A stretch of DNA of 59,645 nucleotides from Candidatus Eiseniibacteriota bacterium (GTDB lineage: Bacteria > Eisenbacteria > RBG-16-71-46): the NCBI GenBank assembly GCA_041483195.1, contig JBGPFC010000026.1, positions 1-59,645 of the forward strand. The letters run 5' to 3'. Positions within the stretch are counted from its first letter, which is position 1. Each line of letters begins with the position of its first letter. The position numbers and the translations under genes are program-made. Positions 10,815-20,695 of this stretch are shown piece by piece. The notes below the pieces were generated by a model, which worked only from the letters and a program-made list of their open reading frames with translations, ran no database searches and was not told the origin of the DNA.

Positions 10815-11633
10815 ATGATTCGTCGTGTGATTTCGGTGGTGGCGGTCGCGCTCGTGGCGGCGCTCGCGCTGTCGAGCCAGCTCCGGGCGTACCCGGGTGG
10901 AACCCCCCGCTTCGTCACGAACGCCGAGCCCTATTGCGCGGGCTGTCACTCGTCTGTGAACGCCGAGCAGCTGCGCGACATGACCGCCGAGGCGAGCGCT
11001 GGGATGCTGCCCGAGAAGCGCCACTACACCGAGATCCTCGGCGGTGAGGAGGGCTACGGGAAGCTGCAGCCGGGAGATCGCGAGAAGCTGCTCGCGTCGA
11101 TCAAGACGATGGACGCGAACTGCAGCGTGACGCTCGCGGTCTCCGCGACCAGCGTGAAGCCGCTCGCGCCGATGACCGCGACCGTGACGACGCACGGCGG
11201 AGCGGGGCCGGTGGTCGGCGTGATGCTGACCGACAACGACCTGCGCTTCGAGTCGAGCCCGATCCAGACCGAAGGGTTCTTCATCACCGATGCGCCGCAG
11301 GTGACGGGCCCCGATGGCAGGCCGCAGACCGCGTTCCTCGACGGACGATTCAGCGAGCTGAAGAAGAACATCAACTACGTGAACATCCAGGGCGTGAGGA
11401 GCAACCCGGACAGCAGCATCTATCCCGAGTGCAAGGTGGTCTACTCGCTCCAGGCGCCGGCCGCGCCCGGCGATTACACGATCACGGCCGCGTTCCTCTA
11501 CGGAACCGAGAAGGCGACGGCGCTGGGCCGCGTGGATGCGCCCGGTGGGCGCGTGCTGCCGGTGGGCGGCCAGGGCGCGCACTCCGGCCGCATCCAGTTC
11601 GCGAAGGTGATGAAGATCACGGTGAAGAAGTAG
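10815..11633 (+). CDS. Secreted protein with a single CxxCH heme motif
   Basis: AAGGAG RBS, ATG 10815, signal peptide (..QLRA|YPGG), CAGCH; extended -10 TGcTAGTAT at about 10765-10773. Confidence 0.8.
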   Translation: MIRRVISVVAVALVAALALSSQLRAYPGGTPRFVTNAEPYCAGCHSSVNAEQLRDMTAEASAGMLPEKRHYTEILGGEEGYGKLQPGDREKLLASIKTMDANCSVTLAVSATSVKPLAPMTATVTTHGGAGPVVGVMLTDNDLRFESSPIQTEGFFITDAPQVTGPDGRPQTAFLDGRFSELKKNINYVNIQGVRSNPDSSIYPECKVVYSLQAPAAPGDYTITAAFLYGTEKATALGRVDAPGGRVLPVGGQGAHSGRIQFAKVMKITVKK

Positions 11634-12537
11634 CCGATCGCACGCTCTCGCGCGTGGAGCCGGCCACCGGCGCCGTCGCCGGTGGCCGCTTCGCGCGGAA
11701 CACCATCACCGCCACCTTCCAGGGATCGGCCTCATCGATGCCGCGCGCCCGCGCGGCGAGCCGGAACAGCGGCAGCACCGCGCACAGCGAGAACAGCGCG
11801 TAGAACATCGAGTAGCGCACCTCGTTGTAGCGCAGCACGCCATCGAGCAGCGCGATCAGGAGCCCCCACACGATGCGCGCGCCGCGCGCGGGCGGATTGG
11901 TCTTGGGGTCGGGGATCATCGAGAACGTGAAGAGCGTGAACTCGGCGCCGGTCATGGGCCCGAGCGCGAACACCAGCCCGCCCTGACCGAGCGCGACGCG
12001 CGCGAGGCTCATCACCACGAAGCCGGAGAGCCACGCGAGCACCAGGTCGAGCCGGTTGACGCGCCGCATGAGCATGAGCCCGAGCACCATGATGAGCGCC
12101 GCCACGCGGGCGTCGCCGCCCCACTGTGAGCCGGGCGCGACGGTCGCGACGCCGTGCGCGAGCAGGAGTCCGGTCACGATCGCGAAGTTCGACGGGTTGA
12201 AGAAATGCCGGTCGCCGTCGCGCAGGAGGTATTTCGAGGCGATGCCCCACATCGAAGCCGCCGCGAACACGCGCCAGTCGTAGCTCTGGAGCAGGAGTCC
12301 GATCGAGAGCCCGGTGATGTAGGCGCTGATCGGGACCAGGATCTGGCGCTGGATCACGAGCGCGAGGAGGAAGTCAGCTGCGCACGCGACCCCGACCGCG
12401 ATCAGGAGCTGCCCGAAATCGATGTCGAAGTAGAGAAAGGTCTGGCCCAGCACCGTCCAGGTGGTGAGCCCCAGCGCGAGCGTGAGCCGCGGGTCGCGCA
12501 GCTTCGGGACGACGAGCGAGTAGTGGCGTGAGGTCAC
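11617..12537 (-). CDS. UnbU / RnfD-NqrB-like integral membrane protein
   Basis: Multiple TM segments; motifs SKYLLR..HFFNPSN, QWG and MIPDPKTNP; located downstream of an ASPIC/UnbV gene. Confidence 0.75.
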   Translation of the reverse strand: MTSRHYSLVVPKLRDPRLTLALGLTTWTVLGQTFLYFDIDFGQLLIAVGVACAADFLLALVIQRQILVPISAYITGLSIGLLLQSYDWRVFAAASMWGIASKYLLRDGDRHFFNPSNFAIVTGLLLAHGVATVAPGSQWGGDARVAALIMVLGLMLMRRVNRLDLVLAWLSGFVVMSLARVALGQGGLVFALGPMTGAEFTLFTFSMIPDPKTNPPARGARIVWGLLIALLDGVLRYNEVRYSMFYALFSLCAVLPLFRLAARARGIDEADPWKVAVMVFRAKRPPATAPVAGSTRESVRSATSSP

Positions 12538-12550
12538 GGCTCGCTCCGCG

Positions 12551-13582
12551 CTAGCGCCACATGATGGCGAGGTCGGTCATCGGGTGATCGAGGTCGAGCA
12601 TGCGGCCCTGCAATTCCTCCTCGAGCCGGTCGAGCAGCTCGCCGTCCTGCCAGGTGAAGCGGCGGCGGAACGCGGCGCGCAGGTCTCGATCGCCGCACAC
12701 GCCCTGCCCGATCTGCCACCACGAGCGCGCGCGGCTCGCGCGGCCCTCCTTCGCGAACGCGTCGCCCAGAGCCATCGCGAGGCTCGCGACCAGCCGCGGC
12801 GATGCGCCGCCCAGCGCGCGGCCGATCGCCACGCACGCCCCGAAGTCGCGGCTCGCGGCGTCGGGCGGAGCCTTCACGCGCTCCGGCCACACCAGCCGCG
12901 CGGGGCGGTGCAGGTAGTTGAGGCCGCGGCCGTAGAGCGCGGGAACGTAGGATGGGTCTTCGCGCAGGATCTCGGTGAACCACTTCACCGACTCGACGCT
13001 CGCCGGCGCCTTGATCTCGAGCGCGCCGTTGAGCACGATCTCGTCGGCCCACGCGAGCGCGAGCTGGAGCGTGGTCTCGCGCGAGGGGTGCGCGCGATGG
13101 AGCGCGTCCAGAAACGCGACCGGCTGCCCATCGAGCGCGGGCGGCATGGTGGGCGCGAGCGTCTCGCGCCCTGCCGCGTCCGCCATCACCGCGCGTCGCA
13201 TGCGAAACACCTCCATGCGGTACGCGTTCCCGATCACCAGGTCGCGTGGCGCGATCTCGATCGCGCGGCGGAGCGACGCGAGCCCCGGCTCGATCGCGCC
13301 GCGCCGAAGCTCCGCGATGCCGCCCGCGGCGATCTCGAGCGCGGAGTCCGCGCCCGCCGGCGGCTGCGCGCTCTCGAGCGCACGGGCGCGCGCGGCGAGC
13401 GCCGCGAGATCGCCGATGCCGGCGCGCTCGCGCGTGGTGCCGGGCGGGGGCGGAGGGAGCCCGAGCAATCCCCCGCGGATCAATGCGAGCACGGCGAGCG
13501 CCGCGATCACGACGATCGCGGTGATCGCGAGCCGCGCGTCGTATGGCGCGCGCGTCGCCCGGGCAGGGGCGGTCGCGCTCAT
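12551..13582 (-). CDS. Membrane-anchored TPR-like hypothetical protein
   Basis: N-terminal TM helix; helical TPR-like segments (PALYGRGLNY, LGDAFAKEG); 4-nt overlap with the upstream gene. Confidence 0.7.
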   Translation of the reverse strand: MSATAPARATRAPYDARLAITAIVVIAALAVLALIRGGLLGLPPPPPGTTRERAGIGDLAALAARARALESAQPPAGADSALEIAAGGIAELRRGAIEPGLASLRRAIEIAPRDLVIGNAYRMEVFRMRRAVMADAAGRETLAPTMPPALDGQPVAFLDALHRAHPSRETTLQLALAWADEIVLNGALEIKAPASVESVKWFTEILREDPSYVPALYGRGLNYLHRPARLVWPERVKAPPDAASRDFGACVAIGRALGGASPRLVASLAMALGDAFAKEGRASRARSWWQIGQGVCGDRDLRAAFRRRFTWQDGELLDRLEEELQGRMLDLDHPMTDLAIMWR

Positions 13583-15570
13583 GGACTCGCCCCGCTCATC
13601 GCGAGGCGGCGCGGCGCGGGCGCGCCGGCGTGCGGCTCGAGCGCCCCGCCTTCGATCAGCCGCGCGTAGCCGTCAACGCACGCGGCCGCTTCCGCGCCGC
13701 CGAAGCTCTGGACGCGCCCGCTCGGCCAGCGCACCGTGAGGCTCGTGGGGATCGCGGCGCCGAGCCCGAAGTGAACCCGGCGCTCGCTCTGGGACGCGTA
13801 CCCGGTGCCGCCGCTCACCTCGCGGATCTGGCGCCGTCCTGCCGCCTCGACCTCGACCCGCGCGCCCACCGCGCTCGCGCTGCTCGCGAGCGTGCGCGCG
13901 CCGACCCGTCGCGCGAGGCCGGGCCGGCCCACCAGTGCGAGGCCCAGCCAGTGCGGACGCGGCGCGGGGATCGCGCCGTGATAGAGCACCGACGGCCCGC
14001 CCTGGTTCGCGACGTAGATGTCGAGCACGCCGTCGGCATCCACGTCGAGCAACGCCACGCCGCGCCCGTTCCAGAGGTCGGTGACGCCCGCCTCGGCGCT
14101 CAGATCGGCGAAGCGCGGATCGTCGGGGGCGCCCGCGCCGTTCACGCCGCCCGCGCCGCCACGCGCCGCTCGCCGCGCCCCGCCCGCCCCGCTCTCGAGC
14201 TGAATGAAGAGCCGGTTGCGCTCGTTCCCCGAGAGATCGCGGTTGCCCATCACCGGCCAGTCCTTGGCGTCGGCCGCGTTGTTCTTGGTCTGCGTCACCA
14301 TCTCCTGCAGCGCGTACCAGTAGGTGTGGGCGCTGTCGCCCGTCACGAAGCCGTTGGCCGCGAAGATGTCGAGCCGCCCGTCGTCGTTCGCGTCGAGGAA
14401 CTTCGCGCCCCAGCCCCAGCCGCCGTCGAACGTGCCGCTCTCGAGCCCGACGTTTCGGAATCGCCGCCCGCCGGGCGCTGCGGGATCGCCGTCGTTGAGC
14501 CAGAGCATGTTGCCCTCGTCGCTCTTGTAGCGGCGCGCGAGGATGTTGGTGACGTAGATGTCGAGGTAGCCGTTCCCGTCCACGTCGCCGAAGTCCACGT
14601 TCATGCCCTTCCACCAGTCGTTGCCGATGCCGGGGTGGCCCGAGGTGTCGAGCACGCGGCGGAAACGCGGCGGCCGCTCGGTGGCGCCGGTGTTGAGGTA
14701 CAGCTCGTCCGGGCCGAAGTCGTTCGCGAGGTAGAGATCGGGCCAGCCGTCGTTGTTGAGATCCGCCGCGCCCACCGCCAGCGTCCAGCCGCGGAACTTG
14801 AGCCCCGAGGCCTGCGCCACCTCCTCGAACGTTCCGTCGCCGCGATTGTGATAGAGCAGCGTCTTCCCGCCGTTGTCCGCGTGGGTGAAGGTGGAGTGCA
14901 TGACGCGCGTGGTGATCGGATTCCAGAGGTTGGAGCGCGCCATGCGGCCGGTCGTGGGGTCCGGCAGACTGTCGGCGAAGTAGTTGCCGACCAGGATGTC
15001 GAGCAGGCCGTCGCGATCGTAGTCGAGGAAGGTCGCGCCGTTGCCGTAGCCCCAGTAGCCGACGCCCGCGCGCTTCGTGACGTCGGTGAAGGTGCCGTCG
15101 CCGTTGTTGTGGAAGAGCTGGTTCGGCTCGGCCCACTTGATGACGTAGAGATCGGGGCGGCCGTCGTTGTCCACGTCGCCCCACACCGCGTGCATGCACG
15201 CGCCATCGGGATTGCCGCATGCGACGCCCGCAGCGCGCGCCACGTCCTCGAACGTGCCGTCGCCGCGCGCGTGGAACAGGCGGTTCGGATCGCCGCGGCC
15301 GCAATTGACGACGTAGAGGTCGGTGAAGCCGTCGCCGTCGAAGTCTTCGGCCGCGACCGCCGCGCCCACCGAAGAGAGCCAGGGCATGATGTTCGCGAAG
15401 CGCGGCGAGAGCGCGACCATCGTGTGCCGGTTGAGGCAGCCGGCCTTCGCCGCGATCTCTTCGTAATGCACGCCCGGGTCCGCGGTGCGCGGATCGCGCG
15501 GCAGAAGCCAGAGCGAGCCGGCCGCGAGCAACGCGGCCATCAACGCGGCTCTCGAGAGGAAGGCGGCCAT
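13579..15570 (-). CDS. CRTAC1 / ASPIC-UnbV family FG-GAP repeat protein
   Basis: Repeated DxDxDGxxDLY FG-GAP motifs; C-terminal GGTGYASQSE.RVHFGLG..VRWPSG; ATG 15570 with GGAG RBS and signal peptide. Confidence 0.9.
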   Translation of the reverse strand: MAAFLSRAALMAALLAAGSLWLLPRDPRTADPGVHYEEIAAKAGCLNRHTMVALSPRFANIMPWLSSVGAAVAAEDFDGDGFTDLYVVNCGRGDPNRLFHARGDGTFEDVARAAGVACGNPDGACMHAVWGDVDNDGRPDLYVIKWAEPNQLFHNNGDGTFTDVTKRAGVGYWGYGNGATFLDYDRDGLLDILVGNYFADSLPDPTTGRMARSNLWNPITTRVMHSTFTHADNGGKTLLYHNRGDGTFEEVAQASGLKFRGWTLAVGAADLNNDGWPDLYLANDFGPDELYLNTGATERPPRFRRVLDTSGHPGIGNDWWKGMNVDFGDVDGNGYLDIYVTNILARRYKSDEGNMLWLNDGDPAAPGGRRFRNVGLESGTFDGGWGWGAKFLDANDDGRLDIFAANGFVTGDSAHTYWYALQEMVTQTKNNAADAKDWPVMGNRDLSGNERNRLFIQLESGAGGARRAARGGAGGVNGAGAPDDPRFADLSAEAGVTDLWNGRGVALLDVDADGVLDIYVANQGGPSVLYHGAIPAPRPHWLGLALVGRPGLARRVGARTLASSASAVGARVEVEAAGRRQIREVSGGTGYASQSERRVHFGLGAAIPTSLTVRWPSGRVQSFGGAEAAACVDGYARLIEGGALEPHAGAPAPRRLAMSGASP

Positions 15571-15696
15571 GGCGGCTCCATGGGGTGGGCAAAGCGCGGG
15601 GCGACGCTGGGTAGCGAAAAAGGGTAGGCTCCACACCCCCTGAGAATCAAGACTCCCGCACGGTAGCCCCCACGACCAGGACGGGGAGAGTGTCGA

Positions 15697-16272
15697 ATGA
15701 AGGAGAAACAGCGTTGTGGCTGGGCGAAGAGCGACATCATGCTGGCGTACCACGACGCCGAGTGGGGCGTCCCGGTGCACGACGATTGCAAGCAATTCGA
15801 GTTCCTGATCCTCGAGGGCGCGCAGGCCGGACTCAGCTGGGAGACCGTGCTCAAGAAGCGCGAGGCCTATCGCGTCGCGTTCGATCGCTTCGATCCCGAG
15901 AAGGTGGCGCGCTACACGGCGAAGCGAATCGAGAAGCTGCTCGGCAACGCCGGCATCATCCGCAACCGGCTCAAGGTCGAGTCCGCCGTGAAGAACGCGC
16001 GCGCGTTCCTCGCGGTGCGCGAGGAGTTCAAGAGCTTCGACGCCTACATCTGGCGCTTCGTGGGCGGCAGGCCGAAGGTCAACAAGTGGCGCGCACTCTC
16101 CGAGATCCCGCCGCGCACCGATGAGTCCGACGTGCTGAGCAAGGACCTCAAGCAGCGCGGTTTCTCGTTCGTGGGCTCGACCATCATGTACGCCCACATG
16201 CAGGCGGCCGGGCTGGTGAACGACCACCTCGTTCACTGCTTCCGCCACCGCGCGGCGGGACGGGCGAAGTAA
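15697..16272 (+). CDS. tag: DNA-3-methyladenine glycosylase I
   Basis: RCGW..YHDAEWGVP, LEGAQAGLSW, IIRNRLK, GFSFVG, GLVNDHLVHC. Confidence 0.95.
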   Translation: MKEKQRCGWAKSDIMLAYHDAEWGVPVHDDCKQFEFLILEGAQAGLSWETVLKKREAYRVAFDRFDPEKVARYTAKRIEKLLGNAGIIRNRLKVESAVKNARAFLAVREEFKSFDAYIWRFVGGRPKVNKWRALSEIPPRTDESDVLSKDLKQRGFSFVGSTIMYAHMQAAGLVNDHLVHCFRHRAAGRAK

Positions 16273-16487
16273 CGGCGGGCGGCGAACCGGCACGACGGCG
16301 AGGAATGGGGAAAGCCAAACAGCTCCTAGAGGAGTAGTGGAGCATCACCCAACGAGACCGATTGACATTGGGTATCCCGGGGCGTTGACTCCATTTGGTG
16401 GTGGGCTTCTGCATGGCGTCCTGTTTCGCGGGGATCACAGCGCGTCCGGGCGCCTCGCAATGAGTCTCGCACCGAACATCAGGAACT

Positions 16488-17555
16488 GTGCCAGTCATGC
16501 TGATGCGGGGTGGACGGCGGCTCGGACCCGGTAGATGGGTCGAATCGGTGGCCGGCATCGTTCTCCTCTCGGCCGTCGCCTGCGCGAAGGAGCCGACGAA
16601 ACCCACACGGCTATCTTCCCCATCCACGTTCCGGCCGGATATCGACGACGCACAGGTTTGGTCCCACGACGGCCGCCAGATCGCCTATCACCGGAGATAT
16701 CGCAGCGCGGACGGTCCCCCCGGCGTCTACATCATCAGCCGCTGGGGCGGGGCGCCCCGGTTCCTCGCGCTCGGGAACTTCTGGTGGCCGAAAGAGCTGC
16801 ACTTCTCGCCCGACGACCGCTACCTGGTGGGCAACCGGGACTTCACGCTCATTGTGATCGATGTCGCCACCGCGACCGTGACATCGCCCATGTACACACC
16901 AGGGGGTGCGCACGAACCCGACTGGTCGCCGGATGGGAAGACCATCCTCTACTTTCGTGCGGGCTTCACCTACACGCCGGGTCAGCCGCAGGATTCCATC
17001 GGGCTTCATTTTTTCGAGCCCTCGACGGGAAAGGACCGGGCGCTGCACTACCACGGGGGCGTGGTGTTCGGCACCAACCCGCTGTGGTCCCCGGACGGGA
17101 GGGAGATCGCGCTGATCGATGATGACGGGACTCGCGAGAGAATCTCGATCGTCCGCTCCGACGGCACCGAATTGCGCGTGATGGTGGAAGGCCAATCCTA
17201 CGACCACCTGCACTGGTACACGCCGAGCGTTTACGGCAGACAAGCGCTGCTGTTCGAACAGACCAACGCGCCGGGCGGAGGCACGTACATCGTCAACCGG
17301 GACGGCTCTGGCTTTTCGCGCGCGCCGTTCCGCCTGAACGTTGGGGACGCGCTCTCACCCGATGGCAGCGAGGTGGTGACCAGCGGGTGGGATCCGAACG
17401 ACTCCCTGGCTGTTCTATTTGTCGCTCGCACGGGGGATCCGAGCGGTGCGAGCCGGCGACAGCTCACTCATTGGGCCCCAGCCCCCGGCGCGGTAGTGAC
17501 ACCTATCGCCGGGGTAGGACCGGGCGGTGCGCTCGGCCCCGAGCCACCGCGGTAA
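16488..17555 (+). CDS. TolB-like / PD40 beta-propeller lipoprotein (start uncertain)
   Basis: Lipobox AVAC; repeated WSHDG / FSPDD / WSPDG / LSPDG motifs. Confidence 0.8.
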   Translation: MPVMLMRGGRRLGPGRWVESVAGIVLLSAVACAKEPTKPTRLSSPSTFRPDIDDAQVWSHDGRQIAYHRRYRSADGPPGVYIISRWGGAPRFLALGNFWWPKELHFSPDDRYLVGNRDFTLIVIDVATATVTSPMYTPGGAHEPDWSPDGKTILYFRAGFTYTPGQPQDSIGLHFFEPSTGKDRALHYHGGVVFGTNPLWSPDGREIALIDDDGTRERISIVRSDGTELRVMVEGQSYDHLHWYTPSVYGRQALLFEQTNAPGGGTYIVNRDGSGFSRAPFRLNVGDALSPDGSEVVTSGWDPNDSLAVLFVARTGDPSGASRRQLTHWAPAPGAVVTPIAGVGPGGALGPEPPR

Positions 17556-17561
17556 CCTACA

Positions 17562-18305
17562 ATGGAGGCGCCGCATGCCTTCTCATCTGTTCCTTGTCGC
17601 TTGAACGCGGCGCGAACCGCGCGTTGTCCCCAGCGGCGTTCACAGCTGTATTGGGGCTGCGCCGCGGGGTGCTTGATCGTTCTCATGAGTTTGAGTGCGA
17701 GCGGCGCGGGCGCCTCGGGTTCGTCGGATCGGGGGGCCTTGGCGCTCGGGGTCGAAACCGGGGCCCGGACGTTCGACGCCCTGAGCGCCAGCGATGTTCG
17801 GCCCCAACCGCGCGGCGAAGCGATCGCCGGATTTGAGGCCGGCTACGCGCTTTCGAAGCGTTGGGGCGTGGCCGTCTCGGGACGCTTTGGCGGCGCGTGG
17901 TTCGATTTCTCAAATGGGGGAGGCGCGTCCGGCAAGATCGAGGACGACTCCTGGTCCGTCCGGGCGTTCTTCGACCGGCACGTCCGCATGGCCGAGGGCC
18001 GGGGACTCAGATTCGGCCTCGGGTACCAATACGGAGAGGCCCGCTCGTGGGTAAAGAACTTCGTACCCGTCGGCGTCCTGTCCCGCTATGAGGGGCCGCA
18101 CGCCTTCATGTCGGGAGGAGCCTTCAGGTCCGGAGTCGCCCAGTCGCTGGGCTCTCGCTGCGAGCTTTCGGCCGAGTTGGAGGAGTCCGTCTACAACGCG
18201 CACGCGACCGACCCGCGAATTGGGAACAAATACGATTGGCTGGGGAGGGCCTTCTCGGCGACCGTCGGAATCCGGGTTGTCCTGATTCGGGGCCGAGAGG
18301 AGTGA
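17562..18305 (+). CDS. Hypothetical protein, possibly an outer-membrane beta-barrel (start uncertain)
   Basis: Hydrophobic leader followed by alternating amphipathic strands (FEAGYAL, FGLGYQYG, FSATVGIRV). Confidence 0.55.
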   Translation: MEAPHAFSSVPCRLNAARTARCPQRRSQLYWGCAAGCLIVLMSLSASGAGASGSSDRGALALGVETGARTFDALSASDVRPQPRGEAIAGFEAGYALSKRWGVAVSGRFGGAWFDFSNGGGASGKIEDDSWSVRAFFDRHVRMAEGRGLRFGLGYQYGEARSWVKNFVPVGVLSRYEGPHAFMSGGAFRSGVAQSLGSRCELSAELEESVYNAHATDPRIGNKYDWLGRAFSATVGIRVVLIRGREE

Positions 18306-18454
18306 CCGATGGGATGCCCGAGGCTGGGCTGTCCCCTTCCCTCGGACCCGCGACTACAACAGGTGCTCCGGGCGATGACCTGCCGCCCGAAAGCTGATGC
18401 AGCAGGAGTCAGCATCCTCCCGAAGCTCGAAAAGGACCGCGCGTCGTGTCGCCC

Positions 18455-20098
18455 CTACCTCACCCGCGCGCGCGCCAGCACCATCGCCGGGGTGCGCAGC
18501 ATGATCTCGAGCGGCGCGTTGGCCGCGAGCGCGACCTCGTGCTCGCGCTCCGCGCGGAACGCCACGTAGGTGAGGCTGTCGCTCGCGCGCCACTCGTAGA
18601 GCCCGCTCGCGAGCGAATCCACGGCGACGAGATTGCGTCGCGTGTAGAGCCGCAGCGAGGGCGGCGCGGGCTCGGCCAGCACCAGCGCCGCGCTGGGCGG
18701 CGCCGCGGTCGCCATCGCCTCGGCCACCGCTCGCGTGTTCAGGTACTCCTCCATCGCGGGCATCACCCGGTACGCCACCACCGGCACGCCGAGCGCGACC
18801 GGCAGCGCGATGAGCGCCGCGGCCACGCGCCGCCGGCCGACGAAGTTGGCGAGGAACGGCGCCCACGAGGTGACGAGCAGCAGCGACGCGAGCAGCCGCA
18901 GCTCGGGCGAGGCCTCGCGGATCTGGGGCGCGACCGCGGCGAGCAGCAGCGCGCCGGCGCTCCCCACCACCGCGAGCATCAGCACCGCGCGCGCGAGCGG
19001 CGCCGCGACCCGCCTCGCGTCCTCGAACAGGTGATCGAGGAAGCGCGCGCACAGCAGCGCCGCGGCCGGCATCGCGGTGAGCGCGGCGGACAGCGGGGGC
19101 GCGGGGTAGATCGCGATCGGCACCAGCGCGGCGAGCGTGCATGCGATGAAGAAATGCGCGGCGCCCTCCTCGTGACGCTCGCGCGCGATCGGGTCGTATT
19201 CGGATTCATGCGCGGGTGGCGCCTCGGCGCCGGCGAGCGCGCGGCGCGCGGCGCGCCACGAGATGGCGGCGTGCAGCATCGCGCCCGGGAGCAGCGCGCT
19301 CCACGGGAAGAAGCCGACGACCAGGAACGACGCCATCAGCACCGGACCCGCGTACCACGGCCCGCGCGGGTCCATCGCGTATGGGAAGAACGCCATGCGC
19401 GAGAGGAACGAGCCGCCATGGCGCTCGATCATCGCGCCGTACCATGGGAGCGCGAGGCCGAGCATGACCGCGAGCCCGGCGAGCGGCTGCACAGCTGCCA
19501 TGCCGCGCGGCGGACGCGCGAGCAGCACGTAGAGGGCGAGACCGCCGAGCGGCCACAGCGCGGGCAGCGGCCCCGCGATCACGAGCGCGGCCGCGAGCGC
19601 GCCCCACGCGACCACCAGCCGCGAGGCGCGGCCCCCGCGGCGGTTGAACAGCGCGTCCGCGAATCCCGCGCAGCCCACCCAGCCGAACAACGCGCCCAGC
19701 GCCTGGCCGGCGTCGGTGCGCGCGGCGAGCGGCGTCGCGAACGAGGTTGCGAGCACGCCGGCGGCGATCCAGCCCGCTCGCGCTCCGAAATGCTGGCCGC
19801 CGATCGATGCGGTGACCAGCAGCAGCGCGAGCACCGCGAGCGCGCGCATCAGGCGCGAGTTCCGCGGCGTCTCGCCGTGGATCAGGCCGGCCACCACGTC
19901 GGGCGCGTATGCGAGGATCGGTTTCTCGAGCCATGACTCGTGGGCGAGCAGGGGCGTGAGCGGCTCGCGGCGGCCCGTGAGCTCACGCGAGACCTGGACG
20001 TCGCGCGCCTCCCGCCAGTCGAGGAAGCCGACCCGGTCGAGGCCGGTGAACAGCACGAGCAGGCAGATCAGGGCGAACACCAGCGGGGCGAAGCGCAT
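18455..20098 (-). CDS. ArnT/PMT-like (GT-C) membrane glycosyltransferase
   Basis: DWREARD..SRE, WLEKPIL, LALPWY, GPWY, GFFPWS motifs; polytopic. Confidence 0.8.
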   Translation of the reverse strand: MRFAPLVFALICLLVLFTGLDRVGFLDWREARDVQVSRELTGRREPLTPLLAHESWLEKPILAYAPDVVAGLIHGETPRNSRLMRALAVLALLLVTASIGGQHFGARAGWIAAGVLATSFATPLAARTDAGQALGALFGWVGCAGFADALFNRRGGRASRLVVAWGALAAALVIAGPLPALWPLGGLALYVLLARPPRGMAAVQPLAGLAVMLGLALPWYGAMIERHGGSFLSRMAFFPYAMDPRGPWYAGPVLMASFLVVGFFPWSALLPGAMLHAAISWRAARRALAGAEAPPAHESEYDPIARERHEEGAAHFFIACTLAALVPIAIYPAPPLSAALTAMPAAALLCARFLDHLFEDARRVAAPLARAVLMLAVVGSAGALLLAAVAPQIREASPELRLLASLLLVTSWAPFLANFVGRRRVAAALIALPVALGVPVVAYRVMPAMEEYLNTRAVAEAMATAAPPSAALVLAEPAPPSLRLYTRRNLVAVDSLASGLYEWRASDSLTYVAFRAEREHEVALAANAPLEIMLRTPAMVLARARVR

Positions 20099-20158
20099 GA
20101 GCGCCGCAGAGTATCAGAGCGCGGGCGCGGAGGCGCGCGGGTGTATGCTCCCTCCGTC

Positions 20159-20644
20159 ATGTCGTCCCGCACCTACCCCACGGTGATCATGCGCCGGGCG
20201 CGTCCCGAGGATCTGCCCGTGGTGCGCGGCCTGCTGAGCGGTGCCGAGCTGCCGCTCGCCGGCGTCGACGAACACTTCGAAGCTTTCATGGTGGCGGTCA
20301 CAGCGGGCGGCGTGGTGGGCGCGGTGGGCGTCGAGAAGTACGGCGAGTACGGGCTGCTGCGCTCGGCCGTGGTCGTGCCCGAATCGCGGGGCCGGGGGAT
20401 CGGCGCGCTGCTCACCCTGCGCGCGCTCGAGACCTCCCGCACCCGCGGCGTGCGCGCGGTGTACCTGCTCACCACCACCGCGGCCGACTACTTCACGCGC
20501 TTCGGGTTCCGGCGCATCGCGCGCGAGGACGTCCCGCAGGAGCTGTGGCAATCGGCTGAGCTGAAGGGCGCCTGCCCCGAGAGCGCGACCGTGATGATGG
20601 TCGAGACGGCGCCGCCGGCCGAGCCGGAGCCGAAGCGGAAGTAG
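20159..20644 (+). CDS. GNAT N-acetyltransferase (ArsN2-like)
   Basis: GLLRSAVV..RGRGIG, YLLTTTAADYF..FGF, CPESATVM. Confidence 0.85.
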   Translation: MSSRTYPTVIMRRARPEDLPVVRGLLSGAELPLAGVDEHFEAFMVAVTAGGVVGAVGVEKYGEYGLLRSAVVVPESRGRGIGALLTLRALETSRTRGVRAVYLLTTTAADYFTRFGFRRIAREDVPQELWQSAELKGACPESATVMMVETAPPAEPEPKRK

Positions 20645-20695
20645 CGGGCGGGCGCGCGGACCGGGCGGACACGGCTGGGCGCGAACTACCGCGCC

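Noticed and set aside
11617..12537. Rnf/Nqr respiratory complex
   Set aside because: Only a single RnfD-like gene without the flavinylation motif; no other subunits; context fits UnbU.
16337..16534. 65-aa ORF after a GAGGAG sequence
   Set aside because: No motif, poor SD spacing and overlap with the lipoprotein start; cannot be supported.
20159..20644. Arsenic resistance locus
   Set aside because: The ArsN2-like GNAT stands alone with no arsR/B/C/M neighbours; the gene symbol was withheld.
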